Notes under the pieces: generated by a model
Seen by the model: only the letters and a program-made list of their open reading frames with translations
What the model was told of the DNA's origin: nothing
Databases searched by the model: none
Position numbers and translations under genes: made by a program
Assembly (NCBI GenBank): GCA_002269645.1
Contig: NIVC01000376.1
Coordinates: 62,001 to 126,000, forward strand
Source of the DNA: Macrostomum lignano
Taxonomy: Eukaryota
Direction of reading: 5' to 3'
DNA: 64,000 bases
Shown here: positions 12,061 through 30,229 of the stretch, one piece after another
Position numbering within the stretch: position 1 is the stretch's first letter
Layout: each line of letters begins with the position of its first letter

Positions 12061-13684
12061 TGCGCCCAAGCATGGGCCCAATCCACTGACACTTAAAAAA
12101 CCCACAGATGCACACGAAAACGTCGCACGTGCAGGCACCCGCTCACACAGGGTGTACATGTACAGCGCCCCTGACTTTCTAATCGTCAGAGATGTACACT
12201 CTCTGCGCTTTGCGGATTGGCTCGCATGGGTGGTGAATCTCACGACAAGCTCCAATTCTGGAGCACAAGCCTCCCATATTTCAATATCGAAAAAGAAATG
12301 AAAAAATTCATCTTCAATTCAGTAATCTGGACAAAATTTTTAACAAAAAAAGCTTTCAATTCTAGAGCAAAAACCAACAGCAAAAAAGGCGAATTGGAAA
12401 CGCAAGAGAAGCGCTCCTCTGAATCAGTGAATGTGGAGGATTGTATATTTTCAATAACAATCCATCATGTGTAAAATATAGACATAATAAATATGCGCAT
12501 AAATAATTAAGCTTTATAACATGTTGATAGGCAAATATTCTGTACTATTAAGAATTTTATATAATATTACTATTTTAACAATTGAAATCTAGAGAAAAAA
12601 AAAGTACAAAATTATATTACTAACAAAAGTACGTGATTAGGCTAAAAATGTGCGGATTCAAAACTTGTACATAAAATTTCTTTGTTCAAAAGACGAGGTC
12701 TTTGTTTTACATGTAATTCTTATTTCATAGTTAATCATTAAAATTTAGCTTTCAGCTTGTCCACCTACTTTATTGGAACATAATTATTGAGTAGTAAGTA
12801 CAGAATATAGCAACTATCTTCATAGAATTCATCCACAATATTAAATTCTGATCAAGCACCAGCTATAATGAAAACTTACCCGTAGACTAAAAGTAACCAT
12901 GGATTGCTAATCTAGCAGTCCTTATAAGCATTATAAAAAGTACGTATATTATTCATTGCTAAAAACAGACTTATCTATCTATCTGCAATAAATTGGCAAG
13001 CATATTAAAAAAGCACGCATGAAAATATTAACAAGTAGTATGCTATGTAAATTGTGCGAAAAAACAAATAAATTTGGGTGGAATTTTGCATCATAAATGA
13101 GACTTGATTGCTCAAATTTAGCAACTGTTTCTATTTGATCCCAACACAGTTCGGCATCCTATTAAAAAGTGCGAAATGTACTGATTAATTCGAAAAATTC
13201 ACTAGAAATTTGAAAGTTTGAAGTTAACAAGAAACGATAACTAAAGACAGGTACTTCCGGGCATTAAGTAATAAAAGCAGAAAAAACAAAATGATTATAC
13301 AAACTCCGCAGCTAGGAAGCATAAACTGGGTCCTGCGGTGGCAGTCGGTAACGATTTAAACCAATTGATTCCTGTCTCGAGAGAGCTGAACTGCTCAACC
13401 AGAAGCGCGTGACAAATATGCAGCCAGCTAAGTGGCTAATGAGGAAACTTCTAATCCAAATAAAATAATAATTCAAACTAGAACTTGAAATTATTGCCTG
13501 GCAAAGAAGAATTCTAAAACTGTTGAAGAGAATCCCATCTGGAGAAAACCCAGTTTCTAAGAATCCCATGTAAAAGAAATTACTGTTGAACCACAGGATG
13601 GTATCGCAGTTTAGGGAATACCAAAATAAAATAAAAAGTCGTGGAGAATCCCTCTTTGTGGAAAGCCTAATTAGGTAAGTTCCA

Positions 13685-14125
13685 ATTAAGAAAAATCCCT
13701 CCTAGGGAAATCCCAAGTAGGGAAATCCCACCTAGGGAAATCCCAAGTAGGGAAATCCCACCTAGGGAAATCCAAAGTAGGGAAATCCCACCTAGGGAAA
13801 TCCAAAGTAGGGAAACCCACCTAGGGAAATCCCACCTAGGGAAATCCAAAGTAGGGAAACCCACCTAGGGAAATCCCTAAGTAGGAAATCCCACATAGGG
13901 AAATCCCAAGTAGGGAAACCCAAGTAGGGAAACCCCACCTAGGGAAATCCCAAGTAGGGAAATTCCACTTAGGAAATTCCACTTAGGGAAATCCCACGTA
14001 GGGAAATCCCACCTAAGGAAATCCCAAGTAGGGAAATCCAAAGCAGGGAAATTACACTTAGGGAAATCCCAAGTAGGGAAATCCAAAGCAGGGAAATTAC
14101 ACTTAGGGAAATCCCAATTATGGAA
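13685..14125. repeat. 15-bp minisatellite (TAGGGAAATCCCAAG/CACC) made of GGGAAATCCC near-palindromes
   Basis: Direct reading. Confidence 0.95.
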
Positions 14126-14284
14126 CCCAAATTCAGGGAATCACAAGGTTAAGCTCCAGTTAAGTGAAATAATATTCAGAGGAATCCCAATTGAGGAGAG
14201 CCTAACCTAGAAAGTCCCAGCTCAGAAGCATTCTCAGGCCTTGAAAAGCGATAGGATCATTTTTAAGCCAGATTTGGGCCGCCA

Positions 14285-19056
<4,772 letters not shown>

Positions 19057-19228
19057 TGCTTTCGGTATGGCTCCCTTGATCTTCTAAAAGCTTCGATGCT
19101 TTGCTTTCTTTGCCAAGACTGTTTAGTTTATCATGAAGTGTCATTGAAATGGCACTTTGGTTAACTGGAAGCCCCACTGGGATCTCATTCTGATTGTTCA
19201 GTCTCTAGTCCCATCTCGATTCTCGTGC

Positions 19229-19485
19229 TGATTAATGAGTCTCAAATGACATCTCATCCTGATTAATGAGTCTCAAATGACATCTCATCCTGATTAATGA
19301 GTCTCAAATGACATCTCATCCTGATTAATGAGTCTCAAATGACATCTCATCCTGATCAATAAGTCTCAAATGACATCTCATCCTGATTAATGAGTCTCAA
19401 ATGACATCTCATCCTGATTAATGAGTCTCAAATGACATCTCATCCTGATTAATGAGTCTCAAATGACATCTCATCCTGATTAGTG
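19229..19485. repeat. 31-bp minisatellite (~8 copies) just upstream of the PAK start codon
   Basis: CTGATTAATGAGTCTCAAATGACATCTCATC repeats. Confidence 0.95.
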
Positions 19486-22400
19486 AGTATGCAGTGAAAT
19501 TTTATACCAATTAATGAGTCTGTAGCTTGATATAGCATCCTAATGAATAAGTCTCAAATGACAGATAGATATTATCTTTATGCCAAGACATGATTCAATT
19601 TATATACAATGTAGTCTTGCCTAAATACTTATATAACCCAGTATGCCATTGTCTTTAAAAGTTGGCATTATATAACCTGATAATTAAGTCAATCAAAATT
19701 CAGAAGTGCTGCTTGAAGGCGACCCGGATCTGCCCAATATCGGCATGGAGATTGAAGTCTGAAAAGGTATTTACCTATGAATTTTCTGTTGCGCCAAGTT
19801 GCTAACTTTTGAAGCGCATTACTAGTTAGAAGTTAATTTTGCGAATGCATTCTAATTTTAATTTTGCTATAAGCTTTCTCTGCACCTGCTCTGTGCTAAA
19901 AGCCAATCTTGATTTTCCGTTTGAGTTTCTTTTTTCCTTATGCTTTCCGGATAAAAGCAGGCATCAAATTTTAATTTCAATGTACTTTTCCTTATGCTTC
20001 AGGGATAAAAGCAGTTGTCAATTTTCATTTTGCCATTTCCTTATGCTTTCTGGTTAAAGCAGTGTATATTTGTACAGTTTTCATGCTCATATATAATGTT
20101 GCTATTTATCCAACGCGGTTCATTAATCAGCACCCTTGCATTGTTTATATATTTATGCTTTGCAGTAAAAGCATGCACTAATGTGACAATATTTAATCAA
20201 TGCAACCATATTTATTAAATGCGATATGGTAAAACCATTATCTTACATTTTCATATGATTTTGTGCATCCCCTTCTCTGTAAACTTCTTAGCATGCAATC
20301 AAAGTGTAGAAGTATCCATTTTCCTTATGCTTCTGGGAGAAAAGCAATCACTCTTGTAAACCTTCCAGTTTGATTAAAACTGAAGGTCCCTCCCTCTTTC
20401 TGCTATTTTATGAGCCCGCCATTTATGGGCCAATCTGTCTGTGCCCTATTTAGGTCAAGCGCCTTGGATCCAGACCTTGTCCTCAGCGGAGGGCATTTGA
20501 GATGACTTGACCCCTGCTCTTTGTTGAATTTTGCTCAAGCCTAGGAATGTTTTATGGGCAGCCAATTTAGGCTCCCTTTCCCAGTGCCATTTTGTGTGCC
20601 CTTGCTCCTGTAACTCCTTATGGAGCCCCAGTCGCTAAACTGTTCATTCAATATTATCTTAGTATGAAAGAGCTAGCCAATTGCTTCCACATTTTCTATC
20701 TATTTCAAGTTACTGTTTACGCGCTATTCAGCTATTCTAACTGCCAACCCATCTTATGTGAGCCGCTCAGGCACCCCATTCATTTCATTTGATTTTGGAC
20801 CCCCTTGCTGCATGGTTATCTGTTTTATTGCTTTTTTGTTTCATTTATCCACCATATCCCTGTGCGTACCCACCTTAGAGTGCATACAAGTGGTGGCTAG
20901 TTCCTTTGGTTGGACCCCTCCCCTTTGTCCATCCAGTGGACAACCTTTGGAGTATTTAAACCGCGACTTGGCTTGGACTGATTTTTCTCATTGTAATTAT
21001 TACTTGCGCTCCCATTGTTATCAATTACTATATTCTGCCAGCCAATTTTGTACAATTTCATATTGTTCCTATACATATCTTATATTTTTGCTTACCATAT
21101 TTATTCCCCTTTTGCTTCCTCGAATATCATCTGTCTCTATCATGTACGACGACCCAATGTGGGGAGGCAAAGCTCCACCTAGACAGCAACCGCTACTCAA
21201 GCTACTTGAGGAAGATGGAGTTCCAATGGGGCCAAATCCAAGCCCAGACCCATGGCCAGACCCCTTGCTTGACCGGGTTCGTGCTGTGCTGTCACCCCAT
21301 GCATAACGAGCTCGATGATATTGTGCGGCTCTTGGAGCTAGACTACTTGATGCCACCTTTGCCACTGGCTGACTGGCATGACGACACCAGCCAGAGATGG
21401 CCAGATGCCTAGCTCAACAACTCAGAGGCCCTGGCCGCAGCCGCCTTAGAGCCCACGCAACAATTGGTAGAGTTACTATACTAGGAGATAGCGAGCGGCC
21501 TAGGATCTAAAGCTGCAAACAACTGTCAAAACTGGAGCAGCCTTGCCTGGCAGTTCCCGGCTCATGACATCATGCAGGCCCTAAAATCCACAGCCACACT
21601 CATTGGTAAGAGGCTGCAAAACTACACTCACGGCCAGCAGATTAGACCCTGCTGTAGTGTAATCTGCAAATATTTGAGCACCCAACTCACAGGGGAGGCA
21701 TTACCCCCCAAATTGAATACTTTTGCAAAAATGCCTGAATTGCCAGCTTGGCCAGTGACCAACCCCGGATTTCAAGAACCACCAACCCCAAGAACCTGGC
21801 CCGGGGCAACAAGGTGGCCGAGCAGCCAGCCACGGACACCAAGGACAAGGAGGCAGCGGCTGCTGCTAAAAGTTTTTCAACTGCCGGCTACCCCACGCAT
21901 GTGGCAATTGGGTGCCACTAGTTTAGTTTTGAATTTTAAATAACCATTCATTTTAATAACCCTTTTACACTGCTACAAACATTAACTTTCTTGTCCACTT
22001 GCTGATTATTTTTTGTCATTTTTCTGTCAATTGGAGGTCTAGCAAATGTTTTTTTGTTATCCCATTCTATGGAAAAGCAGTTTCCCCCCCCCCGCTAGAA
22101 TTTTGTTCAAAATTTTGTTTTATTTTTCATTTTTGCATGTTAGTAAGCCGTTCTATCCGTAGTATCCACACCCGGGACTTTTGGTCCGTTGGTGTGACCA
22201 GCAACTGCCCCACTCGTTGACTGCGACCTCCCTTATTAATACTTATATAGCCTATGATGTGCCGCCTAATGTTAGTTTTTTTCTTTTCCTGTGGTTTCTG
22301 TTTTCCTGTTTTTTGTTTTGTTCCCTTGTTTTGTTCTGCGTATTGCCAGTTTAGTTCAACTTTACTTTTAACTAGCCTTTCCGCACTGGCGCCCGCAAAT

Positions 22401-23629
22401 ATCATCTTTGTTTTAAACATAATCTGTAGCAATAAGTTTATTTAGTAAAAGCATTATTAATTTTTTTTAATAAGCCTGCTGATTCACTAATAAACAATAC
22501 CTAATAAACTTCTATAGGACATAAAATAACCAAAGATCTCATCTCAAAGAAAACTCTGAGACTTATTCGTTCTATAATACATAATTTATGGTTGTAGCAG
22601 CAACTACCCTACTGAAAGTAACAAGCTTAGCAAATTGACACAGTAGCCTAATTCACAGTGTCAGGATTTCCGGTGCTCATCATCTACTGAACAACCATGC
22701 TGCTTTTACAACCACTCCATTACAATTACGACTACTCTCCCCTAGACTTGAAAACCCAGCTGTCGGAGTAAAACAGAAGATTTGTTAATTCAGTAATTTG
22801 TTGTGATTTGTCTGTGCAATTTTCTGGATTTATTTGTGCAAATGCAATACCAACCGGCTTTCAAAGAAAACCCAAGAACCAAATTTCAAATCAAATACCA
22901 ATACCAATTTTTTTTTACTCCACCCCCACTTTATATAGGCCTACATTGACTAAAAATATCATTGACATTGTTTTAAAGGCAATCCTACACTTCCGTTCGG
23001 TAAATTATTTTAACATTTGAATTCGTACCACCGAGTCAAATGACGTTGACATACATGCGCAACTTCTGAAATTACGCTGGCCGTGCGACTTAGTTTTTGA
23101 TAAAAAATGCGACTTACCTATGAAAGAGCCAAGCAAAAACTTTAGGTAAACGGCAGGAGTAACTATGACCATATTCTTAAAGCTAAATGCCTCGCCAGCT
23201 AATTAGTGCTGCGTGCAGATTCCGCGTTTTTATAACAGCTAATCAGTATGTCATCTAGTGGCGGCATGAAGCAATTAGTAAATTGTCAGTACAGTGTAGT
23301 GAGCATACTAAAAAGTCATGATTCATGAATGTCCAGAAGTAAGTGAAGTGAATACAGTGTGACCTATAGCTCAAGAACGATTTGCTAGACGATTTGGCAT
23401 GGAAGATGAGAGCCCTGATTCAGATGGCTCATCAGATGCAGAATACGAATCCAGTAGAGATACAAGCTGTGAAAACCCACAGATTTTTAAACCACTGAAT
23501 TCTAATTCCGGAACTATTTTTGCATAGATTCTAAATTTGAAGTCATGCTCAAACAAAAACTTGTTAGCAATTAGGAAAAAGGCAAAGATGGGAGTAATGC
23601 ATGTTAAACTAAGATTTGAGGCCTTTGCA

Positions 23630-24305
23630 AATTCTCTCCATTCCTCAATCTTCTCATCCTCTTTTTCTTTTCTCTCTCATCCATTATCCCTTCTCTCTTT
23701 CCTCTCCTCTCTCCTCTCTTTCCTCTCCTCTCCTATCTCTTCTGTCTCCTCTCTACATTCTTATCTCTCCTCTCGTCTCTCTTCATTCCACTCTACTCTC
23801 TCATCTTATCTTCCCTTTCGTCTCTCTCCACTCTACTCTCTCATCTTATCTCTCCTCTCTTTTCTACTCTATCATCTCTCCTCTCTTCACTCTCCTCTCA
23901 TTTCCTCTTTATCCTCTCTTCTCTCATCTACTCTCTCCTCTTTCCTCTTTCCTCTCTTCTGATCTCATCCATCATCTTTTCTTCCTCTTTCCTCTAATCT
24001 CCTCTTCTCTCATCTCTTTTTCCTCCCTCAGCTTTTCTCTCCTCTTCTATCTTTTCTCCATCGCATCGCTCACCTCTCCTCTGTTTGCTTATCTCTAATC
24101 TTCTATTCCCTCTACTTTGAAGTAAGAAAATATGCACATATTTTTGCTGAAGATAAGAGGAGAGAAGAGGGCATTGAGGAGAAAGGGTAGAGAGAAGGGG
24201 GGAGAAGAGAGGAGAGTAAAAATGAGAGGAGAGAGAAGAGGGAAAAGGGGAGAGAGAGAAGAGGGGAGGCAAGGTAGAGAAGAAGAGAGAGATGAGAGTT
24301 GAAGA
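23630..24305. repeat. CT-rich low-complexity tract followed by an AG-rich tract
   Basis: Polypyrimidine 23630-24110, polypurine 24155-24305. Confidence 0.85.
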
Positions 24306-24534
24306 GACACCAACCTTGCTAGTTAAGAAGTTTCAAAGAACCCGAGGGGCGAGGGCCAGATAGAGGGGCTTCGCGAGCCGGAGTTTGCCAACCCCTGCTC
24401 CAGAGTTTAAGAAATCAATGGGAAACTGTTGACGCGGGCTTCTGATTTCAAAGATCTTGTCTATGGTTGAAGGCTTCTATTCTGTTTTTGCTCTCCTGCC
24501 ACACTTGCACCTACTACCCCCTGATTGCCTCTGA

Positions 24535-24815
24535 TTGTGACTTACTTCCTTCTTATTGCGACTTAGTTGCTTCTTTTTGCCACTTACCTAATCCTTTTTG
24601 CGACTTACCTAATCCTTTTTGCGACTTACTTAATCCTTTTTGCGACTTACTTAATCCTTTTTGCAACTTACCTAATCCTTTTTGCGACTTACCAGTACCT
24701 AATCCTTTGCGACTTACCTAATCCTTTTTGCGACTTACTTAATCTTTTTTGCAACTTACCTAATCCTTTTTGCGACTTACTTAATCCTTTTTGCGACTTA
24801 CCTGATTATTTTTAC
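24535..24815. repeat. 21-bp minisatellite (CCTTTTTGCGACTTACCTAAT)
   Basis: Direct reading. Confidence 0.9.
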
Positions 24816-26730
24816 AACTTAGTTTGCTTCTTTTGCGAATTGTTTTTCTTTTGCTTCACCATTTTCCCTGAACTGCTCTTTCTTTTTTTCCTCTTGCCTT
24901 TCTTGGTTCTTGTGTTTTTCTGTTTTTGGTTGACTCAATTTTGCGACTTACCCCTGGTCAGCCACGATTTACGGTGGCCGGATCGGCCAGGTCGGCCAGC
25001 AGTTGCGCATGTATGGACGTTGATTGGCATTGTGTCTATGGCCAAAAGTTTGAGCGAACAGAGTTTAAGGGGGTGTCAGTTTAAGGGAGCTGTTGCTTAT
25101 GGGCTGCTTGTTTTTTTAGCTTCAATTTGGCGTTGTCTGTATCCCCAATGTCCATTTGGGGCTATCCTATACTGGATTGGACATTACTATCTATTGTAGA
25201 CACTTTAATGACCTGCAGACACACTCTAAGTGACTATGCGCTCTAACAGACTGCTACCATGTTCCACTGTTTCAGTTTTGTTTGGTTACATTGTTATTTA
25301 ACACGCCTGTTTAAAATTCAGTGTCAAAATAATTTACCGAACAGAAGTGTAGGATTGCCATTTTAAAAATATTAGGAAAATTTTTCTAATATATACTGAT
25401 TAATATAGTAAACTAAAAAAATAGGCTGCAATACCAATTAAATCATTTTAAATTTAAATTTACAATTATTGAATTATAATGAAAAACTTATTTGGCTTTT
25501 GACAAATCTGCCCTTAGTTAATCTCTCATTATCTCCATTGTCAAATTGATTAGCACCCCAAAAAATGCTAGGCCTAAGCCATAAGCCTATAAGCTACTCT
25601 AGTGACTAGTGTAGTGGTCAATGAAGACTTAAATTTTAAAAGAATAGTTTGATTTTTGCATTCTTTTTAAAACTAAATATAACAAACTATAAAATAAAGC
25701 CAAAGGTAAATAAACTGCACCTTATTATTATAATCATGTTTATAATTATAATTTAACTTTTTATAAAAACTCATTACTCGTATAGCCTAATAAATATCAA
25801 AACCTTGAAGCTTCTAGAATTCGAGGCTCATTTGGCATTCATTTTAAGCAATAATTTCATATTTCGCGCATGAATTATTTACATTTTATCTAAATAAACC
25901 TCATCATTTAAATAGAAAAATCATTTATTTCTTAGAGCCTAGCCTTCGAATGATCCTGGATCTTTAGAATCTTTAGAAGAATCTTGAGAATCTTTAAAGT
26001 AGAATCTAGATCTATATTTCCAAGAAAGGAAGCAACGGCCTAGCTCAATGATCAAATATGCGTTGGCCCTAAAATCTAAATTTTGGCTTCTAGATATGCA
26101 TGTGTTGTATGTTTTTGGTTTTGTATAATTTTGAATATTTTCGCATCAGGTGCCTTGAATAAATACAATATTACTTCCTTTTGTTATGAACAATCTACTC
26201 GTATATACAACTTCCGGCAGTCTACACAGTTGACATTTGTTTGGAATTACATGTATGAAAACAAAATTCTGTAAAGATTTTTTTTCTAGGCTTAAATTGC
26301 ATTGATCCTTGTATTAGTATCTGTATTAGAGCATGGGGCTACATGGAGGTGGGCTATCATGAAAATATCAAGGACCACTGTATTATATAACAGTGGTCCT
26401 TGAAAATATTCAAAACCTGTGAATTTGTACAATTGCATTCAAGTGAATGTACTTTCAAATCACGGTCATACGTCCTTCACTGTTGTTGTTGATCTGGAAA
26501 ATGCAACAAAGATTAATCCTTAGTCTGAAAATAAACTAAAGGATATAATGCGACTTTCTCACAGCTTTAATAATATATTATGTACGAGCGTTACGTAGTA
26601 TATATAAACCATGTACATGCATTGTTAGCTGCTTCAGAGCTTCATGCCAAATACGTATGCCTGCGTATACATACGCATTACTGCAATCGTTACTCTCTGA
26701 GTAAGGTGTGTTAGTCATAGACGCACCGGG

Positions 26731-29330
26731 GTGCCGCTGTCTAAGTCTCATGCGTCCTGCTGCTGTCTAATTAAGTCTCCGCCGCCATTTCTCACATTTT
26801 GCTCACCCGTCGCCATGAGTGCCAACCCGAAGCGACTCAACGTGCGCCAACTCAAGATTGAGCTGCTGCGAAACAGATCGAGGTCTGCCTACTACGGGCC
26901 GCAGCACTCGGCCTAGAGAGCAAGCTGACGAAGAATCTCCGAGATGATTTCTGCTCCGGACGCCGAGGACGGCATCGGCAGCGCGGGCGAGGCGCCCAGG
27001 TTCAAATCCTGGAAGGCTGTCATCGCGGGATCTTCAGCAAAAGCAATTCACACTCAGCAGCACTTGACGGCTCAGCCTCGGCCATCATCGGGTGAGCAAA
27101 ACACCTACACATGCCGGTCTGCTGCAGTTTCCCCGAGGTTCTTGAATCTGGGATGAGGGAGGCCGCTAATAGTTGCCAGGCTCGCCAGGCTCGACTCGCA
27201 AGTTGCATCTGATCTGCAGAGACCACATAAATTCCCCCCTCAGCTGTACAACGTCACCCGTCAACGCACCCAGAAACATGCGGTTCACGTTCGCTAAGCA
27301 GCCCAGCAGAAAATCCCAGCGGCAACCAGGCCGATGTGTCTGCGCTTCAACTCCGAGTCGGGGTGCACCCGCCAGAACTGCAAGTTCCGCCACGTCTGCG
27401 AAATCCAAGGCTGCCTGGCGATATCGCATTCGGCCCATGCTCACACGCAGGCGCTGCACCCATCACTCACCGGACAGCTGTCGGGTCACGTGACCGGTGC
27501 GAGTGCAAACAACTGATGCCATTTTACCCAGCTGATTGCCTGATTTTAATACCGAATTTTCTGCTATTGCTTCTTTGCTGCTCATCTCGTCTGACCTGCA
27601 TCCTGACGCCTGGAGTGTTCTGCTCAACGACGACACACAGACCATGACTTTCTGATGCTGGGCGTTGTCTCACAAATTCTGGCCAACCGCCTTTGACTTC
27701 GTCCAAGAACCACGCCTCCGCCCTGCTGCACCGCTCTGTATGCTGTGGCGCCGTTCCAAGTCCGACGGGCGGGTCCGCCTGATCCATGACCTGTCCTATC
27801 CGACCAGCCAGTCTGTCAACGACTGCTACGACCAACAGAAGCACATCAAGTACTGCACCGTCCAGCAGCTGGTTCGTCATCTCCTTACGGGACACTACAT
27901 GGCTAAAATTGATCTCAAAAGCGCCTACCGGTCCGTGCCAATCAGGCTTGCTAACTACGGGCTCGTAGGCCTCGCCTGGCGGTTTGACTCGGACAGCCAG
28001 GACAGTCTGCTCTGCGACACCAGGCTTCCCTTCGGCGCCAAAGCAGCTTGCAAAGTTTTCCACCGTCTTTCAGCCACTGCTACCAGGCACATGTGCACCG
28101 GCTTGGCTTTTCTGCTACGGGGAACTACCTGGATGACTGGGCAGGGGCTGGGAAATCCGAGTCCGAGGCTTTCGCTGCTTTCAATTGCCTGCTGGATATC
28201 TTGCAGCGCCTCGGCTTTACTATCAACTAGGACATGGTTTGCCGCTACCGGCACCAAGTCGCTGCCCGAGAAGAAGGCTCTCGAGGCGACGAAGCTGCTG
28301 ACTCAGACCTGCTCGGAGACTCGGGGACTCGGAGACTCGCGTTCTGCTTAGAAGTTGATTGGCAAGCTTAGCTGGTTCTGTCAGATTGTCCCTCATGTCA
28401 GAGTCTTCCTGCGTCCTCTCTTCGCCTGCCTGACAACTGTTGTTGATGGCAAGCTTTGGGTGACCAATGAGACACGCGCCAACCTGTCCTGGTGGCTTAG
28501 AGCCTGGCTTGGCTCCCCCCCCCCCAGTTGCTTTGTGGCCGCGCTTTGACGAGGAGTTTGCCATGGAGACTGACAGGGGTGCCGAGAGTTTCTGGAGTGT
28601 CATCGACTGGGAGCTGGACTGCGGTGGTGTTTTCAGGGATGTTCATATCAACTTCAAGGAGGCTCTGGCACCTTTGCTGATAATCCTGCACCGTCGCTCT
28701 CAGCTGAACAACTGCAAAATTGTCACCTACACCAACAGCACCGCAGCGGCTGGCATGATCAATCGGCTGAGCCGTCGTGACCCGCGGCTCCTGCAGGTGT
28801 ACCAGATTGTGGCTCTGCTGTGCATCAGGAACAGCATCAGTTTGGAGGCCTTTCACCTGCCTGGTCGCATTCAGATTTTTGCTGATTTGCGGTCCTTCTC
28901 CAGCCTCCGAGCCTACGTCCACGTCGTCTCGTTTCAGTACCAAGCCACCGGCTTTATCTGGCTGCTGGAAGTTGGCCCTCCCAAAGTCCAAGGCCAACCA
29001 GTTCCGGTCGACGCCGCATGTTGTTCTTCTGCCACCTGTCCAAGAGTCACCGTTCTGCCCTGTGCGCGCCCTGCGGTCTCACCTGCCACGAGCCATCGAC
29101 TAAGGACGCGGCTCTTTGGCTACGGCCTTCCAGCTGCGGGTTTCTCCGGCCACAGCATCCGGCGAGGGGGTGCCAGCTTCTGCCATCAAATCGGCTTGTC
29201 AGAATCGGACATTCGGGCCCTTGGAGGCTGAAGATCGGACGCTGTCGCACCGCCAGAGCTCCACTTCTTTTATGGCTTTGCAGCTGAACGCTGCATCCAC
29301 CTAACTCTTGCTTTCCCTGCTTTTACTCCT
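26731..29330 (+). mobile_element. Degenerate DIRS-superfamily (Ngaro-like) tyrosine-recombinase retrotransposon: gag (SAP-like, Cys/His knuckle), RT, RNase H, YR
   Basis: LNVRQLKIELL (SAP-like); CLRFNSESGCTRQNCKFRHVC; RLIHDLSYPTSQSVND, KIDLKSAYRSVPI, DTRLPFG, NYLDD (28123-28137); RNase H HINFKEALAPLL...YTNSTAAAGMINR; YR LPKSKANQF...CPVRALRSHL, FSGHSIRRGGAS...LGG*RSD. Multiple frameshifts and stops. Confidence 0.88.
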
Positions 29331-29730
29331 TTCCCCCCCCCTTCGCTGAGGTTTGGATCCACTTTCTCGGCCGCTGACAACCTACGCTGCATGTAAAAAC
29401 TTAGCCGCGACTGTAAAACAAAGATGCGTAGCAAAAAAAAATTACATAGAAGAGAAAACGGGATTATAAAAAGCAAAAACAATTTTTGTGTCTTTTATTT
29501 TCTCCTTTGTTATTCCATATAAGGCAGCACTGCAGTCGTGCAAGAAGCTACCAAACACAAAGTCTGGATGAATAATTTCCAAAAAATATTGAACAAGCAG
29601 TTAGTTGTCTCAGAGAAAAACAAAACTTCTGACCCTTTTTACGGGTCGGGCGGCTTTCACGCAAAGGGATTTGTAAATGTCAGTTGGTGACTCGTCAATG
29701 CCATCCAACACGATCGTTCCGAGCATTTAA

Positions 29731-30229
29731 TTATTCCCTTTGCATTTTCATCGCCTGGTAGTTGGGGTCGAAGTACTTCGTCTCCCTGGCATCCTGCACT
29801 AGAGAGCACGGCAGGCAGAAAATAAATGACAGACAGTCTTTGCAAATGTTGCCCGGAATGTTTTGCTGCTCGCGAATTTTGGTGCGAATGAAGACAGCGA
29901 GGCAGATTGGGAGGAAAAGAAACCCGATGCCGCACAATGGGCAGCTTTGGTTCACCGCTTTGGCATTTTGTCCGTGAGTGTAGCACGGTAGAAACCAGGT
30001 GATAATGCATGTGCCTGGAATGCATTTGTGAACAGGTGGTATAAACCACGCTACAGCTTAGTGACCACCCAGAGAAGGTCAAGCGGAGTAAGTGATCTTA
30101 ATATACTAGTATAGAGAAACTGCACTTGCCGAATTCTTCGAAGCAATTAAATAGGCCGTGATGATACTCGCCCTCTGGACGAAGTGGCATTGGCTGTATT
30201 GGCTGCGTTGGCTGCGTTGGCTGCTGCAT
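29731..30229 (-). CDS. PLAC8: PLAC8/cornifelin-family Cys-rich protein (127 aa); exons 30130-30229 and 29731-30014; GC-AG intron
   Basis: MQQPTQP...EYHHGLFNCFEEF|GTCIITWFLPCYTHGQNAKAV...IRTKIREQQNIPGNICKDCLSFIFCLPCSLVQDARE has the PLAC8 motifs (GLF.CF, R..IR...I.G..C.DC, C..C.L.Q..RE). Confidence 0.88.

Noticed and set aside
22600-23480. Possible extra upstream PAK exons (minus-strand acceptors near 22770 and 23465)
   Set aside because: No convincing donors or coding signal; they may be 5'-UTR exons but cannot be supported without transcripts.
24340-24400. hAT-type terminus GTTTGCCAACCCCTG
   Set aside because: No matching opposite end found, so no element could be delimited.
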